From contig OZ255836.1 of NCBI GenBank assembly GCA_965277715.1, forward strand, positions 2,592,001-2,656,000: DNA of 64,000 nucleotides, written 5' to 3'. Shown piece after piece: positions 52,272 to 62,564 of the stretch (the first letter of the stretch is position 1; every line of letters begins with the position of its first letter). The stretch comes from Gammaproteobacteria bacterium (GTDB lineage Bacteria; Pseudomonadota; Gammaproteobacteria; JBCCGL01). A program made the translations under genes and the position numbers. The notes beneath the pieces were generated by a model. It did no database searches and had not been told where the DNA came from. It was given only the letters and a program-made list of their open reading frames with translations.

Positions 52272-53051
52272 ATGAGTTCGAACGAAGCAATAGAATTTGA
52301 CTCGAAAAACAACCCGGTATTTTCTGATATTAACGAAGCGATACGAAAGCATATAGAAAAAACATTTGACGACAAAGAGGCTATCCGGTGGATGTCTGAA
52401 TCATTTTTGAAGGAGGGGTATATTAAGGTAAGCAATATTGTGCCTGATTCAGTTAAGAAGATTTTTGATGAAGAAGTGATGGCCTTATTATCTCAACATG
52501 CCAAGCGGAGGGATATTCACATAGAGGTTACCGACAATAGCCCAAGATTCATGAGCAATGTGCGGCAACAAGATATTGCAAAATATGGACAAGTAGTTCC
52601 TGCGGTATATCACTCTCCAGCCTTGCTAGATTTTATTAGCACATTCTCCAGAGAGAATATTATCCCTAACCCTTGGGAATATGAAAAATTTATTATTAAT
52701 CGGCAAGAACGTGTTGGGGATACGCATGGATGGCATTGGGGAGACTACCCTTACAGCATGATATGGATTGTTAAAGTCCCCGATATATCATATGGAGGCT
52801 TGCTTGAATGTGTTCCTCATACATATTGGGATAAAAAAAATCCAAAGATACAGGAGCATCTATTAAGGAATAACATTACTACTAAAGCTCATATAAGTGG
52901 TGATATATATATGTTGAAATCTGATACGACTTTGCATCGGGTTACCCCATTAATAAGGGATGCCACTCGAATAATAGTAAATATGGCTTGGGAGAGAGAA
53001 ATTGACAAGGATCGTGAAGTAACTCACGAAACTTTTGCCTTTAGAGATTAA
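52272..53051 (+). CDS. BesD/HalD-family Fe(II)/2-oxoglutarate amino-acid halogenase (cassette 1)
   Basis: GDTHGWHWGD (HxG rather than HxD), TTLHRVTPL and RIIVNMAW motifs. Confidence 0.75.
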   Translation: MSSNEAIEFDSKNNPVFSDINEAIRKHIEKTFDDKEAIRWMSESFLKEGYIKVSNIVPDSVKKIFDEEVMALLSQHAKRRDIHIEVTDNSPRFMSNVRQQDIAKYGQVVPAVYHSPALLDFISTFSRENIIPNPWEYEKFIINRQERVGDTHGWHWGDYPYSMIWIVKVPDISYGGLLECVPHTYWDKKNPKIQEHLLRNNITTKAHISGDIYMLKSDTTLHRVTPLIRDATRIIVNMAWEREIDKDREVTHETFAFRD

Positions 53052-53068
53052 TTGGTTATAGGTGTAGT

Positions 53069-54031
53069 ATGGATAAGTTACGCCCCCCCGATCTTTTTGA
53101 CTATGCGCTTTTGATTCTTCTTGGAGCTATGTTTGGAAGTAGTTTTTTACTAATGAAGGTTGCCGTTAGTACAGTCCCAACATTTCATGTGGTCTTCTTT
53201 AGACTACTGTTCGCATTTTTTGTGTTGTATGTTTTTGTGAGAATCAAAAAGCACAAATTCCCTTCAATACAGAATCGAGAGTTTTGGAAGGTATGTGTCG
53301 TTTTAGGCTTTACCGCTAATATTATTCCTTTTTCTTTAATTACTTGGGCAGAAAAAGAAATTGATAGTGGTTTGGCATCGATATATATGGCAACAATACC
53401 GGTTTTTTCTTTGCTACTGGCTCATACATTGACTAGTGATGAAAAATTAACCATACAGAAAGTGGTAGGGGTGTGCGTGGCTTTTGCTGGAGTAGTAATT
53501 CTTTTATGGGGAGAAGCAAGGGAGATTTCACAAAATCTTCTTGCACAAATGGCGTGTCTGTTGTCAGCGATATTTTATGCATATTCAAGAATTCTGGCTA
53601 AGACTATAGGAAATGAAAATCCAATAATTATTAGTTCAGGGGTTCTTTTATGCGCCATTATTTTTATGGTGCCTCTGATATTTTTGTCGGGAAATCCCAC
53701 TACTATAAATCCATCTAGTGAATCTATTTTTGCAATAATATTGCTCGGCATATTCCCAACTGCATTAGCGTTCGTAATTTTGTACAGATTAATACATGAT
53801 GTTGGGGCTGTGTTTATGACAAGCGTTAATTACTTGGTGCCAGTTTTCGCCATCATTTGGGGGTATTTCATACTGTCAGAAAGTATAAATGAAAGGGCTA
53901 TTCTAGCGCTTGTCTTTATTTTTTCGGGAGTATTGTTCATGTCCAAAACCATTTTTACTATTGGAAAGTTTTCACAATGGAACCTAACAAGGCGCTCAAC
54001 AGGGACGCGCAAAAAGCCGCGCGCCCGTTAG
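53069..54031 (+). CDS. DMT/EamA family exporter (cassette 1)
   Basis: About ten TM helices in two EamA repeats; the ORF reads through attC1. Confidence 0.9.
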   Translation: MDKLRPPDLFDYALLILLGAMFGSSFLLMKVAVSTVPTFHVVFFRLLFAFFVLYVFVRIKKHKFPSIQNREFWKVCVVLGFTANIIPFSLITWAEKEIDSGLASIYMATIPVFSLLLAHTLTSDEKLTIQKVVGVCVAFAGVVILLWGEAREISQNLLAQMACLLSAIFYAYSRILAKTIGNENPIIISSGVLLCAIIFMVPLIFLSGNPTTINPSSESIFAIILLGIFPTALAFVILYRLIHDVGAVFMTSVNYLVPVFAIIWGYFILSESINERAILALVFIFSGVLFMSKTIFTIGKFSQWNLTRRSTGTRKKPRAR

Positions 54032-54044
54032 CTTTGCGTTATGT
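53982..54044 (+). other. attC1
   Basis: ACCTAAC...GTTATGT with an internal imperfect palindrome. Confidence 0.9.
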
Positions 54045-54070
54045 GAATCCGTAAAACTAAGGAATATAAA

Positions 54071-54505
54071 ATGTCATACATTCAAGACTCTCTATCAAAA
54101 GGCGAAGAAATCTATCAGGTATTTGAACATCATTGGATTGTGAAGTTCTTTCTCCTTATTCATATTGCCATGTGTCTAACTATCATATGGATACCAGTTG
54201 CTCTTTTTTACTGGTTAGGCTGGAAATTCACAGAGCAAGGTGTAACGAATAAAAGGATAATCTATAAACACGGTATTATTTCGAGAAAAACTGATGAGAT
54301 GCGCCTCGCGGCCATTGAGTCAGTAATGATCAAGCAGGGTATTATTGGCCGCATTCTCGGCTTTGGTAAAGTCGTCATCACTGGTCGTGGTGCTGGAGAC
54401 GTGGTTATAAAATGGATGGCTGATCCAATGAGAGTAAAGCGTGAAATTGAAAGTGCAGAACATGAAACTCCTGCTCATGTATCTCAACAAGCCGAGCTGG
54501 CATAA
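54071..54505 (+). CDS. bPH_2 (PH-domain) membrane protein (cassette 2)
   Basis: VTNKR.I.K.G.ISR...E..L..IESV...QG..GRI.GFG pattern. Confidence 0.8.
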   Translation: MSYIQDSLSKGEEIYQVFEHHWIVKFFLLIHIAMCLTIIWIPVALFYWLGWKFTEQGVTNKRIIYKHGIISRKTDEMRLAAIESVMIKQGIIGRILGFGKVVITGRGAGDVVIKWMADPMRVKREIESAEHETPAHVSQQAELA

Positions 54506-54508
54506 ATC

Positions 54509-54584
54509 ACATAACAAATTTAGGCAATCGGACAAATTACTGCGCCTTCGGCTCCGTAATTTTCCGTTGCTAAAGGCGTTATGT
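54509..54584 (+). other. attC2
   Basis: ACATAAC...GTTATGT palindrome. Confidence 0.9.
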
Positions 54585-54621
54585 GCTTTCAGGGCACCCG
54601 AACTATCAATGGAATACATAG

Positions 54622-55789
54622 AATGCCAATATTTACCGGACTAAATTTGAAACCGCAACTTATTGCTATTTTACTTTGGTCTATATCTTTGCAAGTTCTG
54701 GCGTCTGAAAAAACGATTACCTGTAATGATGCTATAAATAGCGCAGCAGAACTAAACGCCTATGATTTGTGGAGTGGTGCTGGCGACTGTTCTAAGTCAA
54801 ACTTAAAACGTGAAACAAATTTTCTTTTAATTGCTGGTCAAATTCGCGCAATGTCTGATATGAGTGTGTTAGAGCCAGCTTCAGATGAAGAGGGTGTGAA
54901 GGTCGGTGATTTGTATGGGGTCCTTTACTACAAATCTGGGGGTTCAGGTTTCGATGAAATTTATAGAGATGCTATCGAATTTGGTCAACTTTTTCGGGAT
55001 CTAGAAAGCTGGACCGCAAAACTTCACAAAAAATACAATCCTGGATGGGAATATAAGGCCAATATTGACCCCACCTATTATGACCAAATGACTATATGTC
55101 AAAAAAAGCTTCGTATTTCTAAATTAAAGTGGTATTCGAACCTAGTCCGAAACGACAAGTATTATGAACTGAGTACACAGCTTTCTAAGTTACAGGCAGA
55201 TAATTCAGGAGCGTTTCAGGTTGGGACTGAAACATACAAGCAGTATCAGAGCATAAGCTCCAAAATAAATTCTGTTAGTTCAAAAATATCAAAACCGAAA
55301 GTTAACCCTAAAGAGTGCGACTTCATTCAACCGTTCAGACCAGATCCAAATGCTAGCTTTAAGCAAATATACAAGGGTTATAATGGCCCCGATAATAGTA
55401 GAGCTAGTGTATTCAAATCGGACGCGGAAATTAGAGGTTCTTGGCTTGGTAGAGCGATTAAAAAATCGAATTTGGATAATTTGTTGGCTAAAATAGATTT
55501 CGATAAGAAAATTGTCGTTTCTCTAAGTTTTGGAAATCGAAAAACAGCAACAGGAACTATCCATATATCGGATGTAAAATTCAATACTGTATACAAAAGC
55601 CTCTCCGTTGCTGGTCTTGTCGGAGTTGTTGGACAATCCTGCACCAAGAGCCAACTAGATTCTTATCCTTTTGCATTGGCAATCGCTGATATACCTCCTG
55701 TCGAAATCTATTATCCGAGTATCTCTATACAAAATTTCGCGGACGGATGCAAAGAAGTGGTTTCGAGTAAGGGGGTCTTAGATGATTAG
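54622..55789 (+). CDS. Hypothetical secreted protein (cassette 3)
   Basis: Long ORF between attC2 and attC3 with a signal-peptide-like N-terminus; start uncertain. Confidence 0.7.
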
Positions 55790-55816
55790 CTTAAAGGTTG
55801 TGTCTGGAAGTCTGGC

Positions 55817-55876
55817 ACATAACAAAAACAGTCAAGGCGACGCCAAAAAGCGGCGCGCTTGCTGTAAGCGTTAGCA
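55817..55876 (+). other. attC3
   Basis: ACATAAC...GTTAGCA palindrome. Confidence 0.9.
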
Positions 55877-56103
55877 CGATGAAAGAAATGAAGAAAATTC
55901 TCACCTTAGTATTAATGCTTGTTCCTCTTGTTTTATCTGCCGCTGAGTATCCGTCACTACTCAAAGTTCCGGTAGGCGAAAGATTTTCCCACCCTCAAGG
56001 GATGCAAAACAAAGATAAAGGTGGGCCTACAACTCAATTCCGAGTGCCAAATCATGGTAACATTTCATCTATTTTTCCTGAGTATTCAATTGCCTATTTA
56101 AAT

Positions 56104-57644
56104 CATGGGTGTACCACTAGAATCCTACCAGGAAGCTAATAACGCAATGAATAACACCTGAAAAGAGCCGCCATAAGCTACAAATAGTATTTTTTATAAT
56201 ATTTGTACTGTTTTTTTATAAACCGATAACACGCTTTATAATTCATAAAATAAATAAAATTATCCAAAAAAACACTTGCATTCACCAGCAGAATTTTTTT
56301 TTAAAATACCCATTTAATATCTGATTAAATGGGCAAATTGAATATGAACGAAATGATGACCGTTGAAGAATATATCACCGAACACTGTAAAATAAGTATG
56401 GAAAAAGCAATTGCTGCTGAACGCTTCCCTTTATGGAAAAGATCATGCGATGCCATTGATGACGTAGCTTTTTCTCGCCATGGGTTACTTCGCTGTATAA
56501 GTCTTGTACATAGTGGTCGTCACTATCTACAGGTTACGGATGAAATATACGACGAGACAATTTGTCATTCAAGCTATTTTAACGCATTAAAGTCGACAAG
56601 ACGGATGAAGATGATGGAAGCCATGGAAAAGCAAAGCTATCAACTGCAAAGTGAGAAATTATCTTCTTTGGACATTGATTATTTAAAACAATTTCCTGAA
56701 CTTGAAGAATATCGAGTAGAAGCAGCTGATGGTCATTTTATACAGCATGCTTGTCACACAGAGAAAAATCGTCAGGGCAACGTCTTCGCAGCAGGCTTTA
56801 TTCATGCCTTGAACCTCAGAAATGGACTTCTAAGACCACTTTGTGTCGTGACTAACGGTACTGAACGACACCAGGAAATACCCGCGTTACGTTCTTATAT
56901 TGAACAACGTTGTGGCGAAAAAGAGACTTGGCAAAAGCACCTCTATATATACGATAAGGCGGTGACTGATTATGCATGGTGGGAAAAGCAAAAACAGCAT
57001 CAGAATTTTATGATTTCAGTACTCAAAGAAAATGCGGTTGCAACTTTTGTCAACTCTATACCCTATGACCAGGGTAGTGAAATTAATACAGGGGTTGAAG
57101 GCTATAGTGTATATAAAAATAAAAAGGTCCAATTTCATATTGTTAAATACCGCGACCCAGAAACAGGTCAATTACATCAATTTATTTCAACGCTACCAGA
57201 GTCAATTAACCCAGGCACTATTGCTATGCTCTATTACAAGCGTTGGACGATAGAAAAATCATTCAACAATAGTAAAAGTGATTTCACCGAAAGAAAAGCC
57301 TGGTCTTCAAACCTGAATGCGCTGAACAGTCAAATGCGTTTTACTGCCATGGCCTATAATATCATGCGTATTTTTGAAGAAACATCAAAAACAAAGAACC
57401 TGGAATGTATTCATCCATCTGATAAAAAATACACTAAAATGCTTGATAAGAGACAACAAATTGCCCAGAAAAAAGGCGGCTTTGTTAATCCATTGTTTTT
57501 TTACGCTAGAATTACCCGTATATGCTCATTCACCATCCGCTCTCTGCAAAATGCAATAATGACAAGAAAGTCCCTTAGAACTATTATGCATAGCTTAGTG
57601 AGGCATTTAAAACCTCGACAGCCAGGAATTTTGAAACACTGATG
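56104..57644 (+). mobile_element. IS4-family insertion sequence
   Basis: CAT-terminal imperfect inverted repeats; 8-bp duplication ATTTAAAT at 56096-56103 and 57645-57652. Confidence 0.85.
56329..57642 (+). CDS. IS4-family DDE transposase
   Basis: AADG, YDKA and YYKRWTIEKSFNNSK (YREK motif). Confidence 0.85.
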   Translation: MGKLNMNEMMTVEEYITEHCKISMEKAIAAERFPLWKRSCDAIDDVAFSRHGLLRCISLVHSGRHYLQVTDEIYDETICHSSYFNALKSTRRMKMMEAMEKQSYQLQSEKLSSLDIDYLKQFPELEEYRVEAADGHFIQHACHTEKNRQGNVFAAGFIHALNLRNGLLRPLCVVTNGTERHQEIPALRSYIEQRCGEKETWQKHLYIYDKAVTDYAWWEKQKQHQNFMISVLKENAVATFVNSIPYDQGSEINTGVEGYSVYKNKKVQFHIVKYRDPETGQLHQFISTLPESINPGTIAMLYYKRWTIEKSFNNSKSDFTERKAWSSNLNALNSQMRFTAMAYNIMRIFEETSKTKNLECIHPSDKKYTKMLDKRQQIAQKKGGFVNPLFFYARITRICSFTIRSLQNAIMTRKSLRTIMHSLVRHLKPRQPGILKH

Positions 57645-57958
57645 ATTTAAATGCAACAGGTCACGTGGTAATAGTAACAGCAGAAAAGGCAGTTAAAAAT
57701 TGGGAAGAATGTGAGAGCCTGGAAGAGAAGGCATCGCTGCTAATCAGTCAAGCATTTCCTAACTATAAGAGTTCACCCGTTTCCAATAGTCAGCTTGGCG
57801 CTCCCGGCGAGTTTTCGTTAGAATCAGCAGATACTTACTACGTGCTTCGGTGTAAAGGTTCGTATGGCCCGTTTGCATACCTTCATTTTCAAATTCGCAG
57901 CAAGAGCCAAAATATAGAGTTAAAAAATGCATGGGATGAATACTTCAAAAAGCAATAG

Positions 57959-58039
57959 TGCTAACAAGGCACTCAAAATCGCCCACAAAAAGCGTGGGCT
58001 GGGACGCGCTAACGCGCGCCCTTTAGTGCGACGTTATGC
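57959..58039 (+). other. attC4
   Basis: TGCTAAC...GTTATGC palindrome. Confidence 0.9.
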
Positions 58040-58054
58040 ATCAGGAAGAGTGAA

Positions 58055-58393
58055 GTGAAATATCTAGGAATAGCCGTTTTATCAGCATTTCTGTCAGCAT
58101 GTGCAATTTGGGCTCCAGGAAAAGACCCTCGTGGTGAAAAGGTCGTTTCTAATGCAAACGAAGTGCTTTCAGCCTTGAATAAATATGCAATTGAAAATTC
58201 GGTGTATCCAAACTCATTAAATGATCTTGTTCCGAATTACATCAAGGCAATACCTAGGGAACCGTCCATGCTCTACAAAGCAGATGAAGGTAGTCTTTTC
58301 TTCACTTATTCACCTTCTTGGCCACAGCAAGGTAACGTTTCATGTGGTGCAAAAATCGGTGATAAAACTGTAGGTTGTATTGGGTACATATAA
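58055..58393 (+). CDS. Hypothetical lipoprotein (cassette 5)
   Basis: LSAC lipobox; YP.SL.DLVP.Y motif; lies between attC sites. Confidence 0.75.
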   Translation: MKYLGIAVLSAFLSACAIWAPGKDPRGEKVVSNANEVLSALNKYAIENSVYPNSLNDLVPNYIKAIPREPSMLYKADEGSLFFTYSPSWPQQGNVSCGAKIGDKTVGCIGYI

Positions 58394-58396
58394 AAT

Positions 58397-58495
58397 GCAT
58401 AACAAGTTGCTCAAGTGCTCTCCGGTCGCAAAAGACGCGGCCTCCGCGGGACAACCTACACTACGTTTCGGTTGCCCCTTAGCAAAGCGTTAAAT
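58397..58495 (+). other. attC5
   Basis: GCATAAC...GTTAAAT palindrome. Confidence 0.88.
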
Positions 58496-58574
58496 GCTAT
58501 GAAGAATCTCGTACTACTACTTCTTTCTATCAGCCTTTTACCGGGATGTACTATCTCGGCAGACAATCATCACT

Positions 58575-59892
58575 GGTTCTTCCCCGATTATTGTGAAGCC
58601 ACTGGTTCCCTATCCAGCTTTCCGCAGTAAAACAAAATACTCCGCCGGTAGCTTTCAAACGAACGAAACCCTCTTGCATTCGATTTGACCATCTGAATGT
58701 TTGAATTCAAACCCTCTGACACGGCATTACTTATTGTGTGCTTAAACCATGTCAATATGTTCGGCATGTGCGTTTTTATCATCTTGGCCACTTTCTTTAT
58801 GCTGTCCAATCGGCACCGAATTGCCCACGCATACCATGCGCTAAAGAAACGCTTTGCCCAACCCGCTGTCTTATACGTCCAAAAATCACGAAACAGTTCT
58901 TTTATCGCCCAGGCTCGGGCTGTCAATAACTGATCATGCTTGAGTGACTCAAAGTGCTCGGCTGCTTTGTTAGACAAATTTTCTTCATTTTTTAACCAGT
59001 GATAACGACTCTTTTTCAATCGAGTATCACCCTGTGACAAAAGGTCTCTATGTTCGTCACGACGGACCTGATCCACCGCCTTATTCAGGTGTTGGCTAAT
59101 ATGAAAACGGTCGTGAACAATCGCACTGTCTGACAGTTTTACCTCAATGGCATTAATGAACGCAGGCCACCTATCAATAGCGACAGCTTTCACCTGTTCT
59201 CGCTGGTTATCCGTCAGCGCAACCTCCAACGCCTCCTCACAAGCTGCCTGGGTGCGATCTTTCACTCCATCCAATACTCGCCCTCCATCGATATCATTGA
59301 TGAGCGTCACATAGTCATGCCCTTTACGGTGGGACTTCTCATCAATACCCAGGTACTCAATTGTCACCAATTCCCGACGCGAAAGTCCCCGTTCGACAGC
59401 GCGGGCTTTGATGGCTTCCACCGCGTTCCAGCTAAGCCCCAGTAACTTACGCGCCTCTTCGACGCTACGTGAGGCTTGCAACACCCTGATAGAAAATAAT
59501 TCAAACAACAACGTAAAACGACTGCGCTTGCTTGCCCAGGGTAACACCATACTTTTAACACCATGCTCCAGACAATTTACTCGGGGAATGCGACTGTGTA
59601 GGCGCGTTTCAAACTGCATAGTATCCAGGTGTCTCCAGGATCGCTCTTGTGAACGGTGATCATAGAGCGGACTCACTTCGCCACAGTGCGAGCAAGGGCC
59701 GTGGTTGCCGCTAAACGCCAACGAAATGGATACTTTTAACCCTGAAGGGTCTAAATCAACTGACACCACTGACCAGTCATCTGTCAGGCCCAGGAGCTAG
59801 CTGTAGTGTTCTTCAAGGCTCGATAGCACCGGAGTCTCTCAATAGCAAAGGGGGATGAAATACTATAACCTCACACAAACCGGGGAAGAACC
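58575..59892 (-). mobile_element. ISL3-family insertion sequence
   Basis: GGTTCTTCCCCG terminal inverted repeats; 8-bp duplication TCATCACT (58567-58574 and 59893-59900). Confidence 0.96.
58588..59829 (-). pseudogene. ISL3 transposase with a nonsense codon at codon 11 (restart at GTG 59769 possible)
   Basis: Zinc finger, LGIDE, DRFH and SEGLN...RGFR motifs. TAG at 59797-59799, where the deleted copy has CAG. Confidence 0.8.
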
Positions 59893-60164
59893 TCATCACT
59901 TTAAGGTGAATGACTATATTTCAAAGTCGTACAACGATTTTGATAACACCTGGTGCTTCATAGTCAAACATGCTTCGGAAGTTGTTATGTGTTCATTTCC
60001 TTACGAAAGTCACTCGAAATCTATCGGTTTCATTTTTCCAGTTGTCCCGCAAACTGATCGAGATTCGCGATTAGCCTATGATATTGTCAGGAGTCGTAAT
60101 GTTCAATTCAAAAACATAAGCCCACTACCCACCGGGTTTCAAGTTTGCCCTGGCAAAAGGAAGG

Positions 60165-60243
60165 AAAGGGGTCAGGAAAGGGGTCAGAGGAAAGGGGTCA
60201 GGCAAGTTATTTACTTTATGAAAGGGGTCAGGCAAGTTATTTA
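60165..60243. repeat. Cluster of four AAAGGGGTCAG repeats (RAYT end sequences)
   Basis: Copies at 60165, 60177, 60191 and 60221. Confidence 0.9.
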
Positions 60244-61253
60244 CTATTTAACTGATTTTCAATTTGATGCATCACCTCTTTAAGTTCCCCCTTGTCTAGC
60301 GCCTTCTTGACGTGAGCTATTGCACTCGACACACCACCAGGGTGACTTAACCCAAAATGTTGAGTAATCGCCTTTAACGACATATCACCAAACCGCTGGC
60401 AGTAGTACATGGCCAATTTGCGGGGAATGTTCGCGCTACCTCCCTTACCTTGACTATCCGAAATACTGCCTTCACTCACTCGGCAACAATTTGCCACCGT
60501 TTTTACTATCACACTGCTGGCTACCTTTTCCCGCAATTGGGGCCGCACATCAACGCCACTCTGGCTTTCTTTGTACTCGACCAACTGTGAGCGGAACACC
60601 TTGTCACCTAACACCGTCGATAGGTTATTTTTGCCGTAAAAGCGCTGTATATCCTCATCAATCCCTTGGTCTACATAGTCTGTGTAACATTGACAGTCGT
60701 TTTTCACCGGTAAACAGGCATAAACACGATCACGACACAACCAAGCAGGGCTCAATGCTTTTCCTATGTAAGCCGGGTAACTAGACCAGGGATAGTTCTT
60801 TAGCGATTGAATCAGAGGTCGTTTAGTCTCAATGGGGTTTCTATGTATATAGCGAGACAGGGGTAATAGATACGCATCTTCATCGACATTGATGGCTTTA
60901 AATCGCCCTCTAAACTGAGGGCCATCCGTTTTTTTAAGGCAGTTATAACGCTGTGTATAGACACCATCGATATGTTGCATAATGCGACTGAGGTTAGCAT
61001 CAGGCGTTTCCAGCAGTAGGTGGTAGTGGTTGCCCATTAGGCAATAAGCGTGAATCACGGCGTGAAAACGCTCTGCGGCTTCGGTCAATGTGGCGAGAAA
61101 CGCTTGGTAGTAAGCTTCGCTATGAAAAACTGTCTTACGCTCCCGACCACGGTTCATTATATGGTAGAAGGCGTTTTCATATTCTATGCGGTGAGGTCTT
61201 GGCATGGGGTGATATTGACATAATCTATGATAAATAACTAGCCTGACCCCTTT
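60221..61253 (-). mobile_element. RAYT element copy 1 bounded by 23-bp inverted repeats
   Basis: aaaggggtcaggcaagttattta ... taaataactagcctgaccccttt. Confidence 0.8.
60237..61205 (-). CDS. REP-associated tyrosine (HUH Y1) transposase with C-terminal DnaA-C/TrpR-like HTH
   Basis: MPR..R, YHIMNRG, NHYHLL (HUH), YIHRNP and YPWSSY motifs. Confidence 0.9.
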   Translation of the reverse strand: MPRPHRIEYENAFYHIMNRGRERKTVFHSEAYYQAFLATLTEAAERFHAVIHAYCLMGNHYHLLLETPDANLSRIMQHIDGVYTQRYNCLKKTDGPQFRGRFKAINVDEDAYLLPLSRYIHRNPIETKRPLIQSLKNYPWSSYPAYIGKALSPAWLCRDRVYACLPVKNDCQCYTDYVDQGIDEDIQRFYGKNNLSTVLGDKVFRSQLVEYKESQSGVDVRPQLREKVASSVIVKTVANCCRVSEGSISDSQGKGGSANIPRKLAMYYCQRFGDMSLKAITQHFGLSHPGGVSSAIAHVKKALDKGELKEVMHQIENQLNSK

Positions 61254-61271
61254 AGACCTTTTAGAAGCTTT

Positions 61272-61730
61272 TTAGTAAACACCTGCTCTAATATCTATTA
61301 GTTTTCCACGCAGGCTTTTACCAATACCTTTTTGCTCGATTAAGTCATCAAGCCTACTCACTATTTCGTGAAATAAATTTTCATCACAAATAACCGAATC
61401 TCCGTCTATCACGACAGCGTATCCACAAGGAAGATCAGCCTCTACTGCAGCTATACTCCCACTTTCGAACTCTATCAAACTTATATAATGGAAGCGCAGT
61501 TCATCAGAAGGCTTCTTATTAGGCCAGCTTTCAACCAAAGGTCGGATATCTTTATAATCGAGTCCAAACTTATAATTATAATCACTCTTTATATCATCTT
61601 TTCCACGGACAAATAAAGATGTCCTCTCCAATCCATGATGGAATACAGTACCATCATAAAAAAAATCAAACCTAAAAAACCATATGCTGAGCACTAATAG
61701 AAATAGCGCCATAAGCAATAATGTTTTCAT
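61272..61730 (-). CDS. Hypothetical exported protein (cassette-like)
   Basis: AT-rich ORF with an N-terminal hydrophobic segment. Confidence 0.6.
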   Translation of the reverse strand: MKTLLLMALFLLVLSIWFFRFDFFYDGTVFHHGLERTSLFVRGKDDIKSDYNYKFGLDYKDIRPLVESWPNKKPSDELRFHYISLIEFESGSIAAVEADLPCGYAVVIDGDSVICDENLFHEIVSRLDDLIEQKGIGKSLRGKLIDIRAGVY

Positions 61731-61754
61731 TTGAAAAGGGGGGCTTTTAGCTCT

Positions 61755-62099
61755 TCACCGGGTTCCACCCGACCTGATAGTTATATGCCCTTCATCTGTC
61801 CACGGAAACTCGGATAGATTTAGAAATATAGTATTTTTTGCCTTAAGAAGCGCCACTGATTCTAATGAAAAGTAACCGACGACCGCCACCAAAGATTCAG
61901 GCTCATTACCCTTGAGTCTTTTCAGTGCTTTCTCGACAAGCCAACTTTTCACAACATCTTTCCTATTGTGGGGAAATACTATCAAAGTGCACGCCTCAGA
62001 AAGTTGAGCCTCACAAGTAATAGCCAGACTTCTGTATTCTGTCGGCACACAATCTTTCAGCGATAAAGCGTCAATATTTTGTTCGATTCGAAATTTCAT
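61755..62099 (-). CDS. Hypothetical protein, first cassette at the relic attI
   Basis: ATG 6 nt after the GTTAGCA core site. Confidence 0.6.
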   Translation of the reverse strand: MKFRIEQNIDALSLKDCVPTEYRSLAITCEAQLSEACTLIVFPHNRKDVVKSWLVEKALKRLKGNEPESLVAVVGYFSLESVALLKAKNTIFLNLSEFPWTDEGHITIRSGGTR

Positions 62100-62105
62100 A
62101 TTGTC

Positions 62106-62190
62106 TGCTAACAATTGGTATCAGGCAAATTTGCCCTGATATTGGATATTATCCGGTAAATCAGGCAGATTTGCCTTGATAAGTAACAAT
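62106..62190 (-). other. attI of a relic second integron
   Basis: GTTAGCA core at 62106-62112, divergent from the intI remnant; duplicated tcaggcaratttgccytgata element. Confidence 0.6.
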
Positions 62191-62256
62191 TTACCAGAAT
62201 ACCAGGCAAGCTAAAGTTATAAAAGTTATCCACACTTGTAAGGAAATCAGGCAAAT

Positions 62257-62443
62257 ATGTCAACTCCAACAAAGGACAAAAACTGCTTACAGAAGTGCGT
62301 AGCCTCATAAGACGCCTTCATTATTCTATTTATACCGAGCGCGCTTACTGTGGCTGCGACCACGCAAAACCAGGCATTTAATGCCTTAGTTTTTTATATA
62401 CCCGTGTATTGAAATGCCCACTGGAAAATGTGGATACCATTCG
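62257..62443 (+). pseudogene. Degraded 5' part of a second integron integrase
   Basis: LLTEVRSLIRRLHYSIYTERAYC and TQNQAFNALVF/YTRVL IntI motifs, with frameshifts and an internal deletion. Confidence 0.8.
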
Positions 62444-62465
62444 TTTTACGGCCTTGTTGTGGGCC

Positions 62466-62560
62466 AATTCGTCATGTTCCAGAAAACCTCGGCGTTCCAG
62501 AAACCTCGCTACGCGCTGGCTGATCCGATGCACCAGTTCAACCCATTCTTCTTTTGTTGG
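62466..62560 (-). pseudogene. IS91/ISCR-like transposase fragment
   Basis: PTKEEWVELVHRISQRVARFLERRGFLEHD resembles a conserved ISCR segment (recalled from memory). Confidence 0.5.
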
Positions 62561-62564
62561 CGTG

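Larger units (their letters stand above)
55879..57958 (+). pseudogene. Secreted hypothetical protein (cassette 4) interrupted by an IS4-family element
   Basis: Removing the IS and one target duplication rejoins ...YSIAYLN|ATGHVVIVTAEK... in frame. Confidence 0.85.
58499..60155 (+). pseudogene. Lipoprotein gene (cassette 6) split by ISL3 and truncated by GGGGTCAG repeats
   Basis: MKNLVLLLLSISLLPGC...DNHH|FKVNDY... rejoins across the IS; no attC follows. Confidence 0.75.

Noticed and set aside
59855-60283. 142-aa ORF
   Set aside because: Chimera of the ISL3 end, the cassette 6 remainder and RAYT end repeats.
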